A DNA stretch of 46,237 nt from positions 1 through 46,237 of IMG/VR virus record IMGVR_UViG_3300031372_000011; one strand, written 5' to 3'. This document shows positions 31,682 to 40,014 of the stretch, piece after piece. The notes under the pieces were generated by a model. It made no database searches. It worked only from the letters and a program-made list of their open reading frames with translations, and had not been told where the DNA came from. Numbering within the stretch: position 1 is the first letter of the stretch; each line of letters begins with the position of its first letter. The stretch comes from a virus. Made by a program: the position numbers and the translations under genes.

Positions 31682-31962
31682 GAGTGTTTTCTCTGGAGAG
31701 GTTTCGCCAGGCGCATGATGTTGCCGCGGGAAGTCCAAACAGCAACGCAGAAGCCTATGTTGATCAGAGTTTCCGACCAGTTGGCATTGAAGTAGTCGCC
31801 AGTTAGCGTCCGGATCGTCACCGAGGCGCTGGCCACTATCAGCAAATAGGCAAAAAACGACGCGATAGGTCGGTGTGTAGCGCCGTTTCGGCTGTAGGCC
31901 AACAGGCGCAAGGAAATAGCAGCACAGACAATCGCATTAACCGTCAGCAGGTAATCATTCAT
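31678..31962 (-). CDS. Holin-like membrane protein (94 aa, ~3 TM segments)
   Basis: The ATG at 31962 is preceded by GAGGGGG. The protein has hydrophobic segments and lies upstream of the endolysin. Confidence 0.55.
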   Translation of the reverse strand: MNDYLLTVNAIVCAAISLRLLAYSRNGATHRPIASFFAYLLIVASASVTIRTLTGDYFNANWSETLINIGFCVAVWTSRGNIMRLAKPLQRKHS

Positions 31963-32350
31963 CGGGTCCCCCTCGCCGCCTGATGATATCCAGTGCATTT
32001 GGGTCTGATGATTTAGCGATCAGCATCATCAGCAACCTGACGGCCACAGCCCCACCGACCAAAGCACCGATGGTGTCATCGACCTCGATGTGGTTGCCCG
32101 GCATCACGGATAAACAGGCTTCAATAACATCTGCAAAAAAAGCAGCTGAAAACATGCCAGTTAGGAACGATAAGACAAACATCCATATCTTTTTGAGAAG
32201 AGAGAACTCACTGGATGACATAACGAAAACTGCCGCCCCGGCAAATGCCCCAATCACTACAGCAGGGTCCAGATTGGAAAACAGCCCAACTAATGTGACG
32301 CCGGTAACTGTCGCTGCTGCCGCCCCACTTCCCGAGATCGGCTCGCTCAT
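31955..32350 (-). CDS. Holin / holin-associated membrane protein (131 aa)
   Basis: This is the first gene of the lysis cassette. It has a strong AAAGGAG RBS and multiple hydrophobic segments. Confidence 0.55.
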   Translation of the reverse strand: MSEPISGSGAAAATVTGVTLVGLFSNLDPAVVIGAFAGAAVFVMSSSEFSLLKKIWMFVLSFLTGMFSAAFFADVIEACLSVMPGNHIEVDDTIGALVGGAVAVRLLMMLIAKSSDPNALDIIRRRGGPDE

Positions 32351-32393
32351 GTAATGGCTCCTTTGCTGTGTCGCTCAGCAAGACGCCGGGCGT

Positions 32394-32424
32394 AAAATAA
32401 AAAAGGCCACGCAACAGCGCAGCC
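32394..32424 (-). terminator. Strong intrinsic terminator in the late leader, upstream of the lysis genes
   Basis: On the minus strand, GGCTGCGC-TGTT-GCGTGGCC is followed by TTTTTTATTTT. Confidence 0.6.
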
Positions 32425-32574
32425 CTGAATTAACCCGCTTACTGATACGGGGCGATCAACCGCAGTTATCGCAGAATCAAATTGTGGCCCTGATTTATTT
32501 CGCGCCGGGTTCATCTGGGACATGTAAATCCCCTTTGCGCTGCCGTTCTCTCAAGACGATCGTGGCAGTACGAA

Positions 32575-32679
32575 TTAGTTTCGGTCTTTTCCACGGAAGT
32601 AGCCGATGGTAAACCCCAACCCAAAGCACGAGAATGCCAATGAAATGATGGGAAGGAGAGAATTCATATAATCAGGCAT
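32575..32679 (-). CDS. Possible 34-aa hydrophobic leader peptide
   Basis: The ATG at 32679 is preceded by GGAGG. The peptide reads MPDYMNSLLPIISLAFSCFGLGFTIGYFRGKDRN. The long track ORF (to 32895) overlaps the Q-like gene and is rejected. Confidence 0.3.
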   Translation of the reverse strand: MPDYMNSLLPIISLAFSCFGLGFTIGYFRGKDRN

Positions 32680-32699
32680 ACAACCTCCAGAAACGACAA

Positions 32700-32719
32700 G
32701 ACCCCGCCGAAGCGAGGTC
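32700..32719 (-). terminator. Terminator-like hairpin about 45 nt downstream of the predicted late promoter (tR'-like)
   Basis: On the minus strand, GACCTCGC-TTCG-GCGGGGTC (one mismatch) is followed by TTGTCGTTTC. Confidence 0.4.
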
Positions 32720-32763
32720 CTTTGCACCAATTGCAATATTGGCAAAATATCAAAATCACATAA

Positions 32764-32792
32764 AATATGGCCTATTTTGTTCACTTTTGCAA
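32764..32792 (-). promoter_or_regulatory. Candidate late promoter (PR'-like): -35 TTGCAA, 17-nt spacer, -10 CATATT
   Basis: Read on the minus strand immediately downstream of the Q-like stop codon. Confidence 0.4.
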
Positions 32793-32795
32793 GCA

Positions 32796-33470
32796 TCATG
32801 CTGTTAAAAGTTGCTTTCTCGCAATTCTGTGACCAACAACACAATGCAGTGCATTGGCATCCAGAGCAGTAACCAGCTGCAAAATGCACTCCCAATGCTC
32901 AGCGTAATGCATCTGCCAGTTACTGCGCTGCACACCCGTTAGCTCAGCCAGCTTGGCGTATTGGTAGATACCGCAGCCTTGCAATGATCCGTATTCACTG
33001 GCCCTCTGCTGAACAGCCAGCCATACCAGGCTTTCTATCCGCTTTAGAACTTTGCCGGTCATTTTCTTGCCCTGCATACCAGACAAAAAATCAGCCCAGA
33101 CATACCGACATATAGCAACCTGCCCATCAAAGTTAAGGTCATGCGCGTAACAGTAACGGATCCAGGCATGCTGCGGCGTATCCAGAACGCTGACCGCCCG
33201 GCGCCATGAGCTGGTGCAATATGTTAATTCATGTAAAGGCGGGAATGGCCTAACCCTGGTGCGCGTTTCGGGGCAATGAATAGGATCGGTTTCCGGGCAC
33301 ACCTTGCGGTTGCCAACTACCACCGTGCGGTGGCGCTGACGCTTGAACCGCGTGGTGTGCGCCAGTGCCGCACTCTCGAATGCGGCCAGTTGTCCTTTGG
33401 TCATCCCGTGGATATCGGCCAGGGCCAACGATACAGCGCCGCGAACATACTCTAGATATTGCTGATTCAT
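32796..33470 (-). CDS. Putative late-gene antiterminator (Q-like)
   Basis: This is the last gene before the late promoter, terminators and lysis cassette. The segment AWIRYCYAHDLNFD resembles antiterminator-Q families as I remember them. The call is mostly positional. Confidence 0.5.
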   Translation of the reverse strand: MNQQYLEYVRGAVSLALADIHGMTKGQLAAFESAALAHTTRFKRQRHRTVVVGNRKVCPETDPIHCPETRTRVRPFPPLHELTYCTSSWRRAVSVLDTPQHAWIRYCYAHDLNFDGQVAICRYVWADFLSGMQGKKMTGKVLKRIESLVWLAVQQRASEYGSLQGCGIYQYAKLAELTGVQRSNWQMHYAEHWECILQLVTALDANALHCVVGHRIARKQLLTA

Positions 33471-34507
33471 TTTTTTGCCCCGCGCTTATTTGCTGTGACG
33501 ATTACCCCGAGGCCGTACGCCCGATCGAGGGTACGCGCCAGGTGATAAAGTTGGCTGCCGTGTTCGGCCTCCCATGCCGCCACATTGTCATGCAACTTGT
33601 TGTGGCACTCCCTGGTGAGAGGAATGGCGAATATGTCGTGTGGTTTGGTGCCGGTACCGCCGAAGCCCTGATCGATGATGTGGTGCGGGTCATCCGCCGG
33701 GCGCCCGCAACCGCAACAACACACCTGCGATTTAACCCACTGGGTGTACTTCTCGCACTCCCACCGCTTCATCTTGGGCCGCAGCATGAAACCTGCTGGT
33801 GGCTCGGGATCGATGTCGACCGCCAGCACCGGCTTAATCTGCTCCACGTAGTCATTGATGACTTCGACTGGTGCGCGCTCCCAGGTGATATCCGCCTCTC
33901 TTCGGGTACCGGTTAGAACCTCTGCTGGTGGCAGGCGCAGAGAGAACCTAGCCACAGAGTCCGGCAACAGGTCGGAAACCTGCTCCATCACAGCCCACCA
34001 GCACAGTTCCGGCAGGCTCAGTTGGTGGTTTTCGTCAAAGCGGAAATGCGTACGGGCACGGTACAGGATGAAATCCGCCACGTTCCTGATGGCCAGATCA
34101 TCGAGGGCCGGTAACGTCTGCTCGGCCAGAGTGTGTTCGTGATGCCAACACAGGCGAACTGCGCCATCGCCGTACCGCAGCGTGCTCATGTTCCGATCGT
34201 GATAATCGTCAGCGGGAGCGTGCCACTGGCACTCGTTCGACCGGTCTAGCCAGTCCACCAGCGCATTAATGCCACCAGCGGCAACAAGAACCCGCTTATT
34301 GGAGAAGAAAGAGGAAAGGCGTGGATCAGCGGCAAGGTGCTGGCTGGCCACCGGCACCAACCCGGACGGCAATGGATTAAGCTCTGCAGGCTCACTGGCA
34401 ATCAGCAGCCGCGCACGGCCGGTGAAGTAATGGAGCAGATCCCGACCAGGGCGCAGCAGCACCACGCCCAGATCACGCTGCACGTAAGGAGTGAGCAGCA
34501 TCTTCAT
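33467..34507 (-). CDS. DUF968-domain protein (HNH-like Zn-ribbon/His-Me C-terminal domain)
   Basis: The C-terminus reads WVKSQVCCCGCGRPADDPHHII...GTKPHDIFAIPLTRECHNKLH. The ATG at 34507 overlaps the C5-MTase stop (ATGA). Confidence 0.6.
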   Translation of the reverse strand: MKMLLTPYVQRDLGVVLLRPGRDLLHYFTGRARLLIASEPAELNPLPSGLVPVASQHLAADPRLSSFFSNKRVLVAAGGINALVDWLDRSNECQWHAPADDYHDRNMSTLRYGDGAVRLCWHHEHTLAEQTLPALDDLAIRNVADFILYRARTHFRFDENHQLSLPELCWWAVMEQVSDLLPDSVARFSLRLPPAEVLTGTRREADITWERAPVEVINDYVEQIKPVLAVDIDPEPPAGFMLRPKMKRWECEKYTQWVKSQVCCCGCGRPADDPHHIIDQGFGGTGTKPHDIFAIPLTRECHNKLHDNVAAWEAEHGSQLYHLARTLDRAYGLGVIVTANKRGAKK

Positions 34508-36489
34508 GCAGCCACCTCCCGGCGTGGTACACACATTTCCGGTAGATTGGCACGGACCAGCGCTTCAGCAAATGGAGGCGGTACCGCATTGCCACAGCGG
34601 GCTACTTGTTTATCCTTCGCGTATTTCTTGCCCTTGTAGTCCTGATCGATGATATACCAGGATGGGAAACCCTGAGCAGCGTAAAGCTCATGCGGTTGCA
34701 GCATACGCATGCCAATATCAACGATCTGGTAATCGATGCCCTCTACCGTGACCAGGCCAAAGCGGTCGTTGGTTGTGACGGTGTGCAGTGGATCCGCGAG
34801 GCTTACCCCTTCTTTCTCGTTGCCGTAGTATTTCAGCAGGAAGGCGCGAACCTCACCAAAGTGATTGCCACCGGCGGTTACCGTCTGCAGCGGTGCTGTG
34901 ACTTCCTGGCCAATGTTGGTACCGCGCATCTTGATAAGGTTGGATGTGACCAGAGAGTTGTGATCGGTTGTCGTCACCGTATGCAAAGGACTGGCCAGAT
35001 CAGAGCCCGGACCGGTATAGTTGCCGCCGAAGTGTTTGGCCAGGAACGTAGCCACCAACTGGCTTTTGCCACCACCGCCAGCAGTGATCGTGCCATTTGG
35101 CTCATCTACAGCATGCCCTACGCTGTTGCCGAACTGGCGCGCAATGAGCGGAGCTACCACCAGGTGCTCTGCTTTAGTCGTGACTGTTGTTAGCGGTTTG
35201 TCTGCCTCATAGGCCAGGCGATCACCACCAAATCCTGTCTGGCCAATGCGGGCAATGACTGGCGCAATAACACAGGAATGGTTTGTATTGCACAGCGTAT
35301 GCATCGGCTGATCTACAGATCGCGGTTTCGCGGAGTATTTAGGGCCGCCAGCACCAGCGATAAACGGGGCCAATTTCGCCTCAACCATTCCCATAGCATG
35401 CCCATTACCGCCTGGCCGCTCGGAACTACCCGCCGTGATGGTGGAAAGCGGCTCGTCACATTCTTGTCCGGTGGCTCCGGTGCGGAACTTGGTGATGTGT
35501 GGCGATACCAGCGCGTAACCATGGGTTTTCGTGATCGTCTGCAGTGGTTCAGCCAGTGACTGGCCACGGAAACAGTTGTAGACCGTTTTAGTGCTGGTAT
35601 GGTTGCACTTCACGATAAACGGCGCCGGGCTATCGATAACAAAGCGCTGAATGCCGCGGGCAATACGGCGCAAGGTGTTTTCGGCCAGCGGTCGCTTGCG
35701 CTCGAAGATACTCGGGCAAGGAATAGACCAATCAATGCACTCCGCCGCGGTGCGCCATGGCTTCAGCTTGCCGCTTTGGACTTCCAGCGATTTCGGATCC
35801 CCGTGGGTAGGCTCTGGCCAGACAATTGGCCGCCCGTCGCGACGCATCAGCATGAAGAAGCGTTTACGGATGGTTGGCGCGCCATAGTCACAGGCCCGCA
35901 GCTCACGGTAATCGACAACATAACCCAGACCGGCAATCAGCCGGTTGTGATCGTCACTACCCACTTCAATGCCCAAAATGTCGCAGCATTCGGCCAGCGC
36001 CGGGTGATCTGCTTCTATGCCGGTGGTCAGCATTGCCACAAATCCTGCGAATGTTTCCCCTACACGGGCAGGACATGGGTAATTATTGCCGTTTTCGTCG
36101 GTGACCAACGGCCCCCACGTCTTGAATTCTTCCACGTTTTCCAGCGGGATTACCCGAGGGCGGGCCTTTAATATCCAGCGGATAACGATCCAAGCAAGGC
36201 CGCGAATTTCTTTCTTAACCGGCGCGCTGCCCTTGGCCTTGCTGAAATGACGACAATCAGGACTGAACCATGCAAGGCCGATGGGTTGCCCTGCGGTCGC
36301 AGCTACCGGATCGATATCAAAGACGGACTCGCAGTAGTGAAGCGTATCGGGGTGGTTGGTTTCGTGCATCGCAATAGCGTTTTCGTCGTGATTAATCGCA
36401 ATGTCAACGCTGCGCCCAGTGGCCATCTCAATGCCGGTACTCGCCCCACCGCCGCCAGCAAAATTATCTACTATCAGTTCACGGATCAT
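34504..36489 (-). CDS. DNA (cytosine-5) methyltransferase with an expanded, internally repetitive target-recognition region
   Basis: The conserved motifs are I (DNFAGGGG), IV (FSPDCRHFS), VI (PLENVEEF), VIII (PTIRKRFFML), IX (MRMLQPHELYAAQGFP) and X (CGNAVPP). Eight PLxT(I/V)T-type modules lie between motifs VIII and IX. Confidence 0.85.
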   Translation of the reverse strand: MIRELIVDNFAGGGGASTGIEMATGRSVDIAINHDENAIAMHETNHPDTLHYCESVFDIDPVAATAGQPIGLAWFSPDCRHFSKAKGSAPVKKEIRGLAWIVIRWILKARPRVIPLENVEEFKTWGPLVTDENGNNYPCPARVGETFAGFVAMLTTGIEADHPALAECCDILGIEVGSDDHNRLIAGLGYVVDYRELRACDYGAPTIRKRFFMLMRRDGRPIVWPEPTHGDPKSLEVQSGKLKPWRTAAECIDWSIPCPSIFERKRPLAENTLRRIARGIQRFVIDSPAPFIVKCNHTSTKTVYNCFRGQSLAEPLQTITKTHGYALVSPHITKFRTGATGQECDEPLSTITAGSSERPGGNGHAMGMVEAKLAPFIAGAGGPKYSAKPRSVDQPMHTLCNTNHSCVIAPVIARIGQTGFGGDRLAYEADKPLTTVTTKAEHLVVAPLIARQFGNSVGHAVDEPNGTITAGGGGKSQLVATFLAKHFGGNYTGPGSDLASPLHTVTTTDHNSLVTSNLIKMRGTNIGQEVTAPLQTVTAGGNHFGEVRAFLLKYYGNEKEGVSLADPLHTVTTNDRFGLVTVEGIDYQIVDIGMRMLQPHELYAAQGFPSWYIIDQDYKGKKYAKDKQVARCGNAVPPPFAEALVRANLPEMCVPRREVAA

Positions 36490-37355
36490 GCTGTGGCTCC
36501 CATTGCGGCGGTTAAGGTGGTTGCGGTCTGGATAATGGCTTCGGCTGGTGTGCCTTCCAGTTTCATGCGGTTTATGTGGCTACGCAGTTTGTTCTGCAGG
36601 TGCTCCGGCAAACTGCTGGCGGTGTCCACCTGGTCAAACAGGAAATTAACTTCCTGCGGCCAAACGGTGTTGCCGGTTTCCGGCTGAATATTTTCTGGAA
36701 TATTTTGGGGTTGGATTTGTGGTGCCAAGCGCTCGGCCTCGCGACGGATCTGCGCCATAAAGGCTTCACCCATATTTTCCAACTGGGTGCGGCTCACATA
36801 GCTGGTGGCCGGGCCATGCCATGCCTTATCGAACACGGCGATCGCCCCAGCAAAGAATGCGCCGGTGGGCACCTGCTTTGCATTCGCTGGCACAAACCAC
36901 TTCGGCACATCAAACCCGACTCGGCCCCGGATGAAAGCGACATGATCAGCATGCTCTGGCCACCAGGTTTCTGAGGTTGCTGCTTTGATCAGGAAAACAT
37001 ATCTGCCTCCCAGTTCACGCATAGCCATCGCGTGGGCCATGATGTGCACCATGCCGGTGATGTACTGATCTTCGTGCTGCTGGGCGCGGGAATATGGCGG
37101 ATTGCCAAAGGCGGCACCATGCAGGTCTGCCAGCTTTTCTGACCAGTTCTGGGTCAAGGCATTATCTTCGGCGGTGTAGTACGCCGGGCACTTGCTGTTT
37201 TGGCCATCAGTGAACAGGTCCAGAACAAGCGGCCCGAACATGGCATTGATACCCCAGAACAACGGATCGGGAGTGCACCACTGATCGCCAACTTCTTTCA
37301 ACATGTGCTCTGGCTTGGTACGCAAAGCGGTTAGATTTTCACAATAGAAATTCAT
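36486..37355 (-). CDS. Phage-type DNA N6-adenine methyltransferase (Dam family)
   Basis: The motifs WCTPDPLF..., LDLFTD and FGNPPYS (NPPY) are present. The ORF has an ATGA overlap with the C5 MTase. Confidence 0.85.
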   Translation of the reverse strand: MNFYCENLTALRTKPEHMLKEVGDQWCTPDPLFWGINAMFGPLVLDLFTDGQNSKCPAYYTAEDNALTQNWSEKLADLHGAAFGNPPYSRAQQHEDQYITGMVHIMAHAMAMRELGGRYVFLIKAATSETWWPEHADHVAFIRGRVGFDVPKWFVPANAKQVPTGAFFAGAIAVFDKAWHGPATSYVSRTQLENMGEAFMAQIRREAERLAPQIQPQNIPENIQPETGNTVWPQEVNFLFDQVDTASSLPEHLQNKLRSHINRMKLEGTPAEAIIQTATTLTAAMGATA

Positions 37356-38371
37356 CCTGCCAACCTCCCCAGATCGTTCTCACTGGCCTGAGCCACAGCT
37401 TGTGCCCAAATGCCTGTCCATGCCCGGCGGGCGTCGTAGTCGGTCATGCGACCCAGGGAACCAGCCATTTTCTGGGCTATCTCCTCGATCTCGTTACGTG
37501 GCTTTCGGCGCTGGGATATCAGGCGGGTGTAAGCATCGTCCCGGGCAGCGGTGTCCAGTCTCTCGACTTTCGGCAGGTCGTTGGCCCGTTCTTCCTTGAC
37601 CGACAGGTAGCATTTCTCGGTGATCAGGTAGTCGAAATCCTTCTTGCGCCATGTCTTACCGCTGGTGGTATCCGGGCGGTCTTCCAGCATCCAGCGGCAC
37701 TTCTTGGCGATGTAGCGCAGGTAAGCGCCCCACTTCTCGATGTTCAGGTCGTACTCTTTCCACAGCTTGCGCAGCACTTTGCGACGGGCTTCGGTCACTT
37801 TGAGAACCTGTGGCAGTTCTGGCAGTGTGTCGTGGAAGGTTTTCAGCACAGCCTGATAATCGATTTTCAAAGAATCTTCCTGCGGTTCGTCGGCTGGCGC
37901 AGCCAGTTGACCAACAGGTTTTAATACTGATGGATCTTGTTTTGAATTTACTGACGGATCGTATCCAGATTCTGGAGGGTCAAAAGTCCCGTTTTTGCCG
38001 GATTCTGACGGGTCAGATTTTGAGGTATCAAATTTTGATGTATCAGATTTTGAGGTGTCAGATTCTGGAGGGTGAAAGTTAGCAGCAGCACGCAGTTTAT
38101 CTACGTTCAGTTGGGTCATGCTTGAGGTATTGCGGTTACCCTTGCGGCGCTGCTGGCGGCTAATCCAGCCTTCTTCCACAAGTTTTGCCAGTGCTGCGCT
38201 TACCGTGCTCTCGCTCGCGCCGATCTGCCGGGCAATGGTCTTGGTGGAAGGCCAGCATAAGCCCTCGTCAGACGAGAAATCCGCCAGGCGCGCCATGATG
38301 GCCACCATGGATAATTTCATGCCCGCCGCCGCGCAGCCGTCCCACACGTATGCGGTTAATTTTGTGCTCAT
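37352..38371 (-). CDS. Replication initiator (lambda O-like role; N-terminal winged-HTH) containing the origin iterons
   Basis: The N-terminus reads GLCWPSTKTIARQIGASESTVSAALAKLVEEGWI. An internal pentapeptide repeat (SDTSK) is encoded by 15-bp iterons. The ATG at 38371 overlaps the upstream stop (ATGA). Confidence 0.7.
   Translation of the reverse strand: MSTKLTAYVWDGCAAAGMKLSMVAIMARLADFSSDEGLCWPSTKTIARQIGASESTVSAALAKLVEEGWISRQQRRKGNRNTSSMTQLNVDKLRAAANFHPPESDTSKSDTSKFDTSKSDPSESGKNGTFDPPESGYDPSVNSKQDPSVLKPVGQLAAPADEPQEDSLKIDYQAVLKTFHDTLPELPQVLKVTEARRKVLRKLWKEYDLNIEKWGAYLRYIAKKCRWMLEDRPDTTSGKTWRKKDFDYLITEKCYLSVKEERANDLPKVERLDTAARDDAYTRLISQRRKPRNEIEEIAQKMAGSLGRMTDYDARRAWTGIWAQAVAQASENDLGRLAG
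37964..38072. repeat. Putative replication origin: six 15-bp iterons (consensus TCAGATTYTGAGGKN)
   Basis: Four contiguous copies lie at 38013-38027, 38028-38042, 38043-38057 and 38058-38072. Related copies lie at about 37965-37979 and 37998-38012. Confidence 0.7.
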
Positions 38372-38547
38372 AATACAAACCTGAAAAAGCGTGAACGGAA
38401 GATGATCAGCGCAGTGGTGATCTCCCACGAATAACCGACCGGGCTATAGGTAACGGTCTGGTTTTCCTGATCAATGCCGTGGACCAGCACTACAACGTGA
38501 TTGCGGTCGCGGTAATGGTGATGGGCCTGAATAGCCAGAGTAGTCAT
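38368..38547 (-). CDS. Hypothetical protein (59 aa)
   Basis: The ATG at 38547 overlaps the upstream stop (TGATG), and its own stop overlaps the replication-gene ATG. Confidence 0.45.
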   Translation of the reverse strand: MTTLAIQAHHHYRDRNHVVVLVHGIDQENQTVTYSPVGYSWEITTALIIFRSRFFRFVL

Positions 38548-39230
38548 CAGCTGCCCCTCAGTTCGGAGGAATAGCGATCGGCGATCCACTGGATACCGCG
38601 TGGTGTTACCCGGGTTTGGGTGTAGGCGTGACCAAAATCAGACGTGCCAGTTTTTACGCTGAACAATCCTTCACGCTGCTTAAGAGCATGAGGCATGAGG
38701 TTGCCAGACTTGCCTGGCATGCGGAAAAGCACCTTGTCACGTACCAAGGCGTCGATCATGGCCTTCTCAGGCATGTTCAGGACTTTGGCCGTTTCACGCA
38801 GGCTCTTTGAGCCGCTGGCATCCACGTAGTTGTCCACGAACGCCACCTTTGGCGCGTCAGCCTGTACCTTCTGTTCAAGGGCTGCATTCTGCTCGGCCAT
38901 GTCGGCGGCTAAGCGGAGCGCCTCGGGCAAAGATTGGGGAACTGCTGGCGCAGCGTTCTCCAATTCCTGCCACCGATCAACCAGACGGGCGGTAAACTCC
39001 GGGGAAAGCTGAGCAACCACAACATAGCTGTCACGCTTGTTGATATGGTACTGATGGTACTGCTGGCCGTTCTGCGGGTGGGTGTACGGCACTGCCGCAT
39101 ACCCCGCAATAGCCCCCCTCTTAACCAATCGGTCAATAGTGGTGCAGACATCCGAATGCCGAGACTCCAGAAGGCGTGAAATTTCAAGGCTGCTCATGGT
39201 TGGCGTTACCGAAGTGATCAAAGTATTCAT
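38547..39230 (-). CDS. Rha-family regulator with a KilAC-type antirepressor C-terminal domain
   Basis: The N-terminus reads MSSLEISRLLESRHSDVCTTIDRL (Rha-like). The C-terminus reads KVAFVDNYVDASGSKSLRETAKVL... (KilAC-like). Confidence 0.75.
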   Translation of the reverse strand: MNTLITSVTPTMSSLEISRLLESRHSDVCTTIDRLVKRGAIAGYAAVPYTHPQNGQQYHQYHINKRDSYVVVAQLSPEFTARLVDRWQELENAAPAVPQSLPEALRLAADMAEQNAALEQKVQADAPKVAFVDNYVDASGSKSLRETAKVLNMPEKAMIDALVRDKVLFRMPGKSGNLMPHALKQREGLFSVKTGTSDFGHAYTQTRVTPRGIQWIADRYSSELRGS

Positions 39231-39415
39231 ACGCCCTCCCGTTCACGAGCTAACCACTTGCCGCTATCTACCACCCAGCGCGCAAACTGGTAGTTGCTGG
39301 CGATCCACTGGCCAAGTACATTGACCTCATACCGAAACGGCATCGCAGAATTACCGCCAGTCATTGCCCGGCAGCGCATTTGCGGTACTGTTGAATTTCT
39401 GGTTACAATGCTCAT
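39227..39415 (-). CDS. Hypothetical protein (62 aa)
   Basis: The ATG at 39415 is preceded by GGAGAA. The track start at 39451 is a GTG. Confidence 0.4.
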   Translation of the reverse strand: MSIVTRNSTVPQMRCRAMTGGNSAMPFRYEVNVLGQWIASNYQFARWVVDSGKWLAREREGV

Positions 39416-39481
39416 GCGATTTATTTCTCCACACACTGATTTAATTCGCACCCGACGCCCAGAGGCTGCAACCTTTGGGCG

Positions 39482-39955
39482 TCAACCTTTCTGACCCTTG
39501 GCTTTTTTGCCAAACAGCGCCAATATCGCTCTAACCTCGGCGTCACGCGCTTGCAGATGCTTGCGGTGATAGCGCATGATTTCATCGGCTTCTTTCTCAT
39601 CAATAACCCCATCAGTAAGCGACTCCTGAATGATCTGATCCACATGGCCGCGACGTGCTGCCGTGCGAATGCTTTTGCTGAACAGCTCCACCTGGTCCAA
39701 TTCTTCGAACACAGGGATCTCGACCACCAGCAACCCACGGCGCCGGGCAAAATATTCCGTAAGCAGGTTAGTGCCCGAAATATCCTCCATGGCTTCCAGT
39801 TCGCTAATCTCAAAGAAGCGGCAACCGTTCTTCTCGTAGAGGTTGTTGGTGAAGGTGGTATCCGTCATGCCAAGGGCACCGGCCATAGCCGAGCGGCCAC
39901 CAGCTACTGCCTTGCACATGCTCTTCACAACGTCTTTCAAGTTTTGCTCTACCAT
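39482..39955 (-). CDS. CII-like lysogeny regulator (CP76-type)
   Basis: The gene lies directly downstream of cro. An HTH-like segment (AGALGMTDTTFTNNLYEKNG) is present. The call is mostly positional. Confidence 0.5.
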   Translation of the reverse strand: MVEQNLKDVVKSMCKAVAGGRSAMAGALGMTDTTFTNNLYEKNGCRFFEISELEAMEDISGTNLLTEYFARRRGLLVVEIPVFEELDQVELFSKSIRTAARRGHVDQIIQESLTDGVIDEKEADEIMRYHRKHLQARDAEVRAILALFGKKAKGQKG

Positions 39956-40014
39956 GTTGTTTTCCTTTTGGTAGTTACTTTCACTGAACCATCGAGCTAG
40001 TCTTCACCCGAGAC

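Noticed and set aside
32347-32523. 58-aa minus-strand ORF (MSQMNPARNK...) coupled by ATGA to the holin gene
   Set aside because: It has a plausible RBS, but a strong intrinsic terminator (32394-32424) sits inside it, so it is more likely part of the late leader. I left it unannotated.
32575-32895. 106-aa minus-strand ORF
   Set aside because: Its 5' two-thirds overlap the Q-like gene and the predicted promoter. Only the terminal 34-aa segment, which has its own GGAGG and ATG, is kept as a low-confidence feature.
35599-36171. 190-aa plus-strand ORF, with similar ones at 34606-35193, 36247-36687 and 37400-37924
   Set aside because: They are antisense to the methyltransferase and replication genes, whose motifs are unambiguous.
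37964-38072. CRISPR-like array (regular short repeats)
   Set aside because: The repeats are contiguous 15-mers with no spacers, and they lie in-frame inside the replication gene. They are iterons. Likewise, the 144-bp repeats at 19600-20010 are coding tandem repeats.
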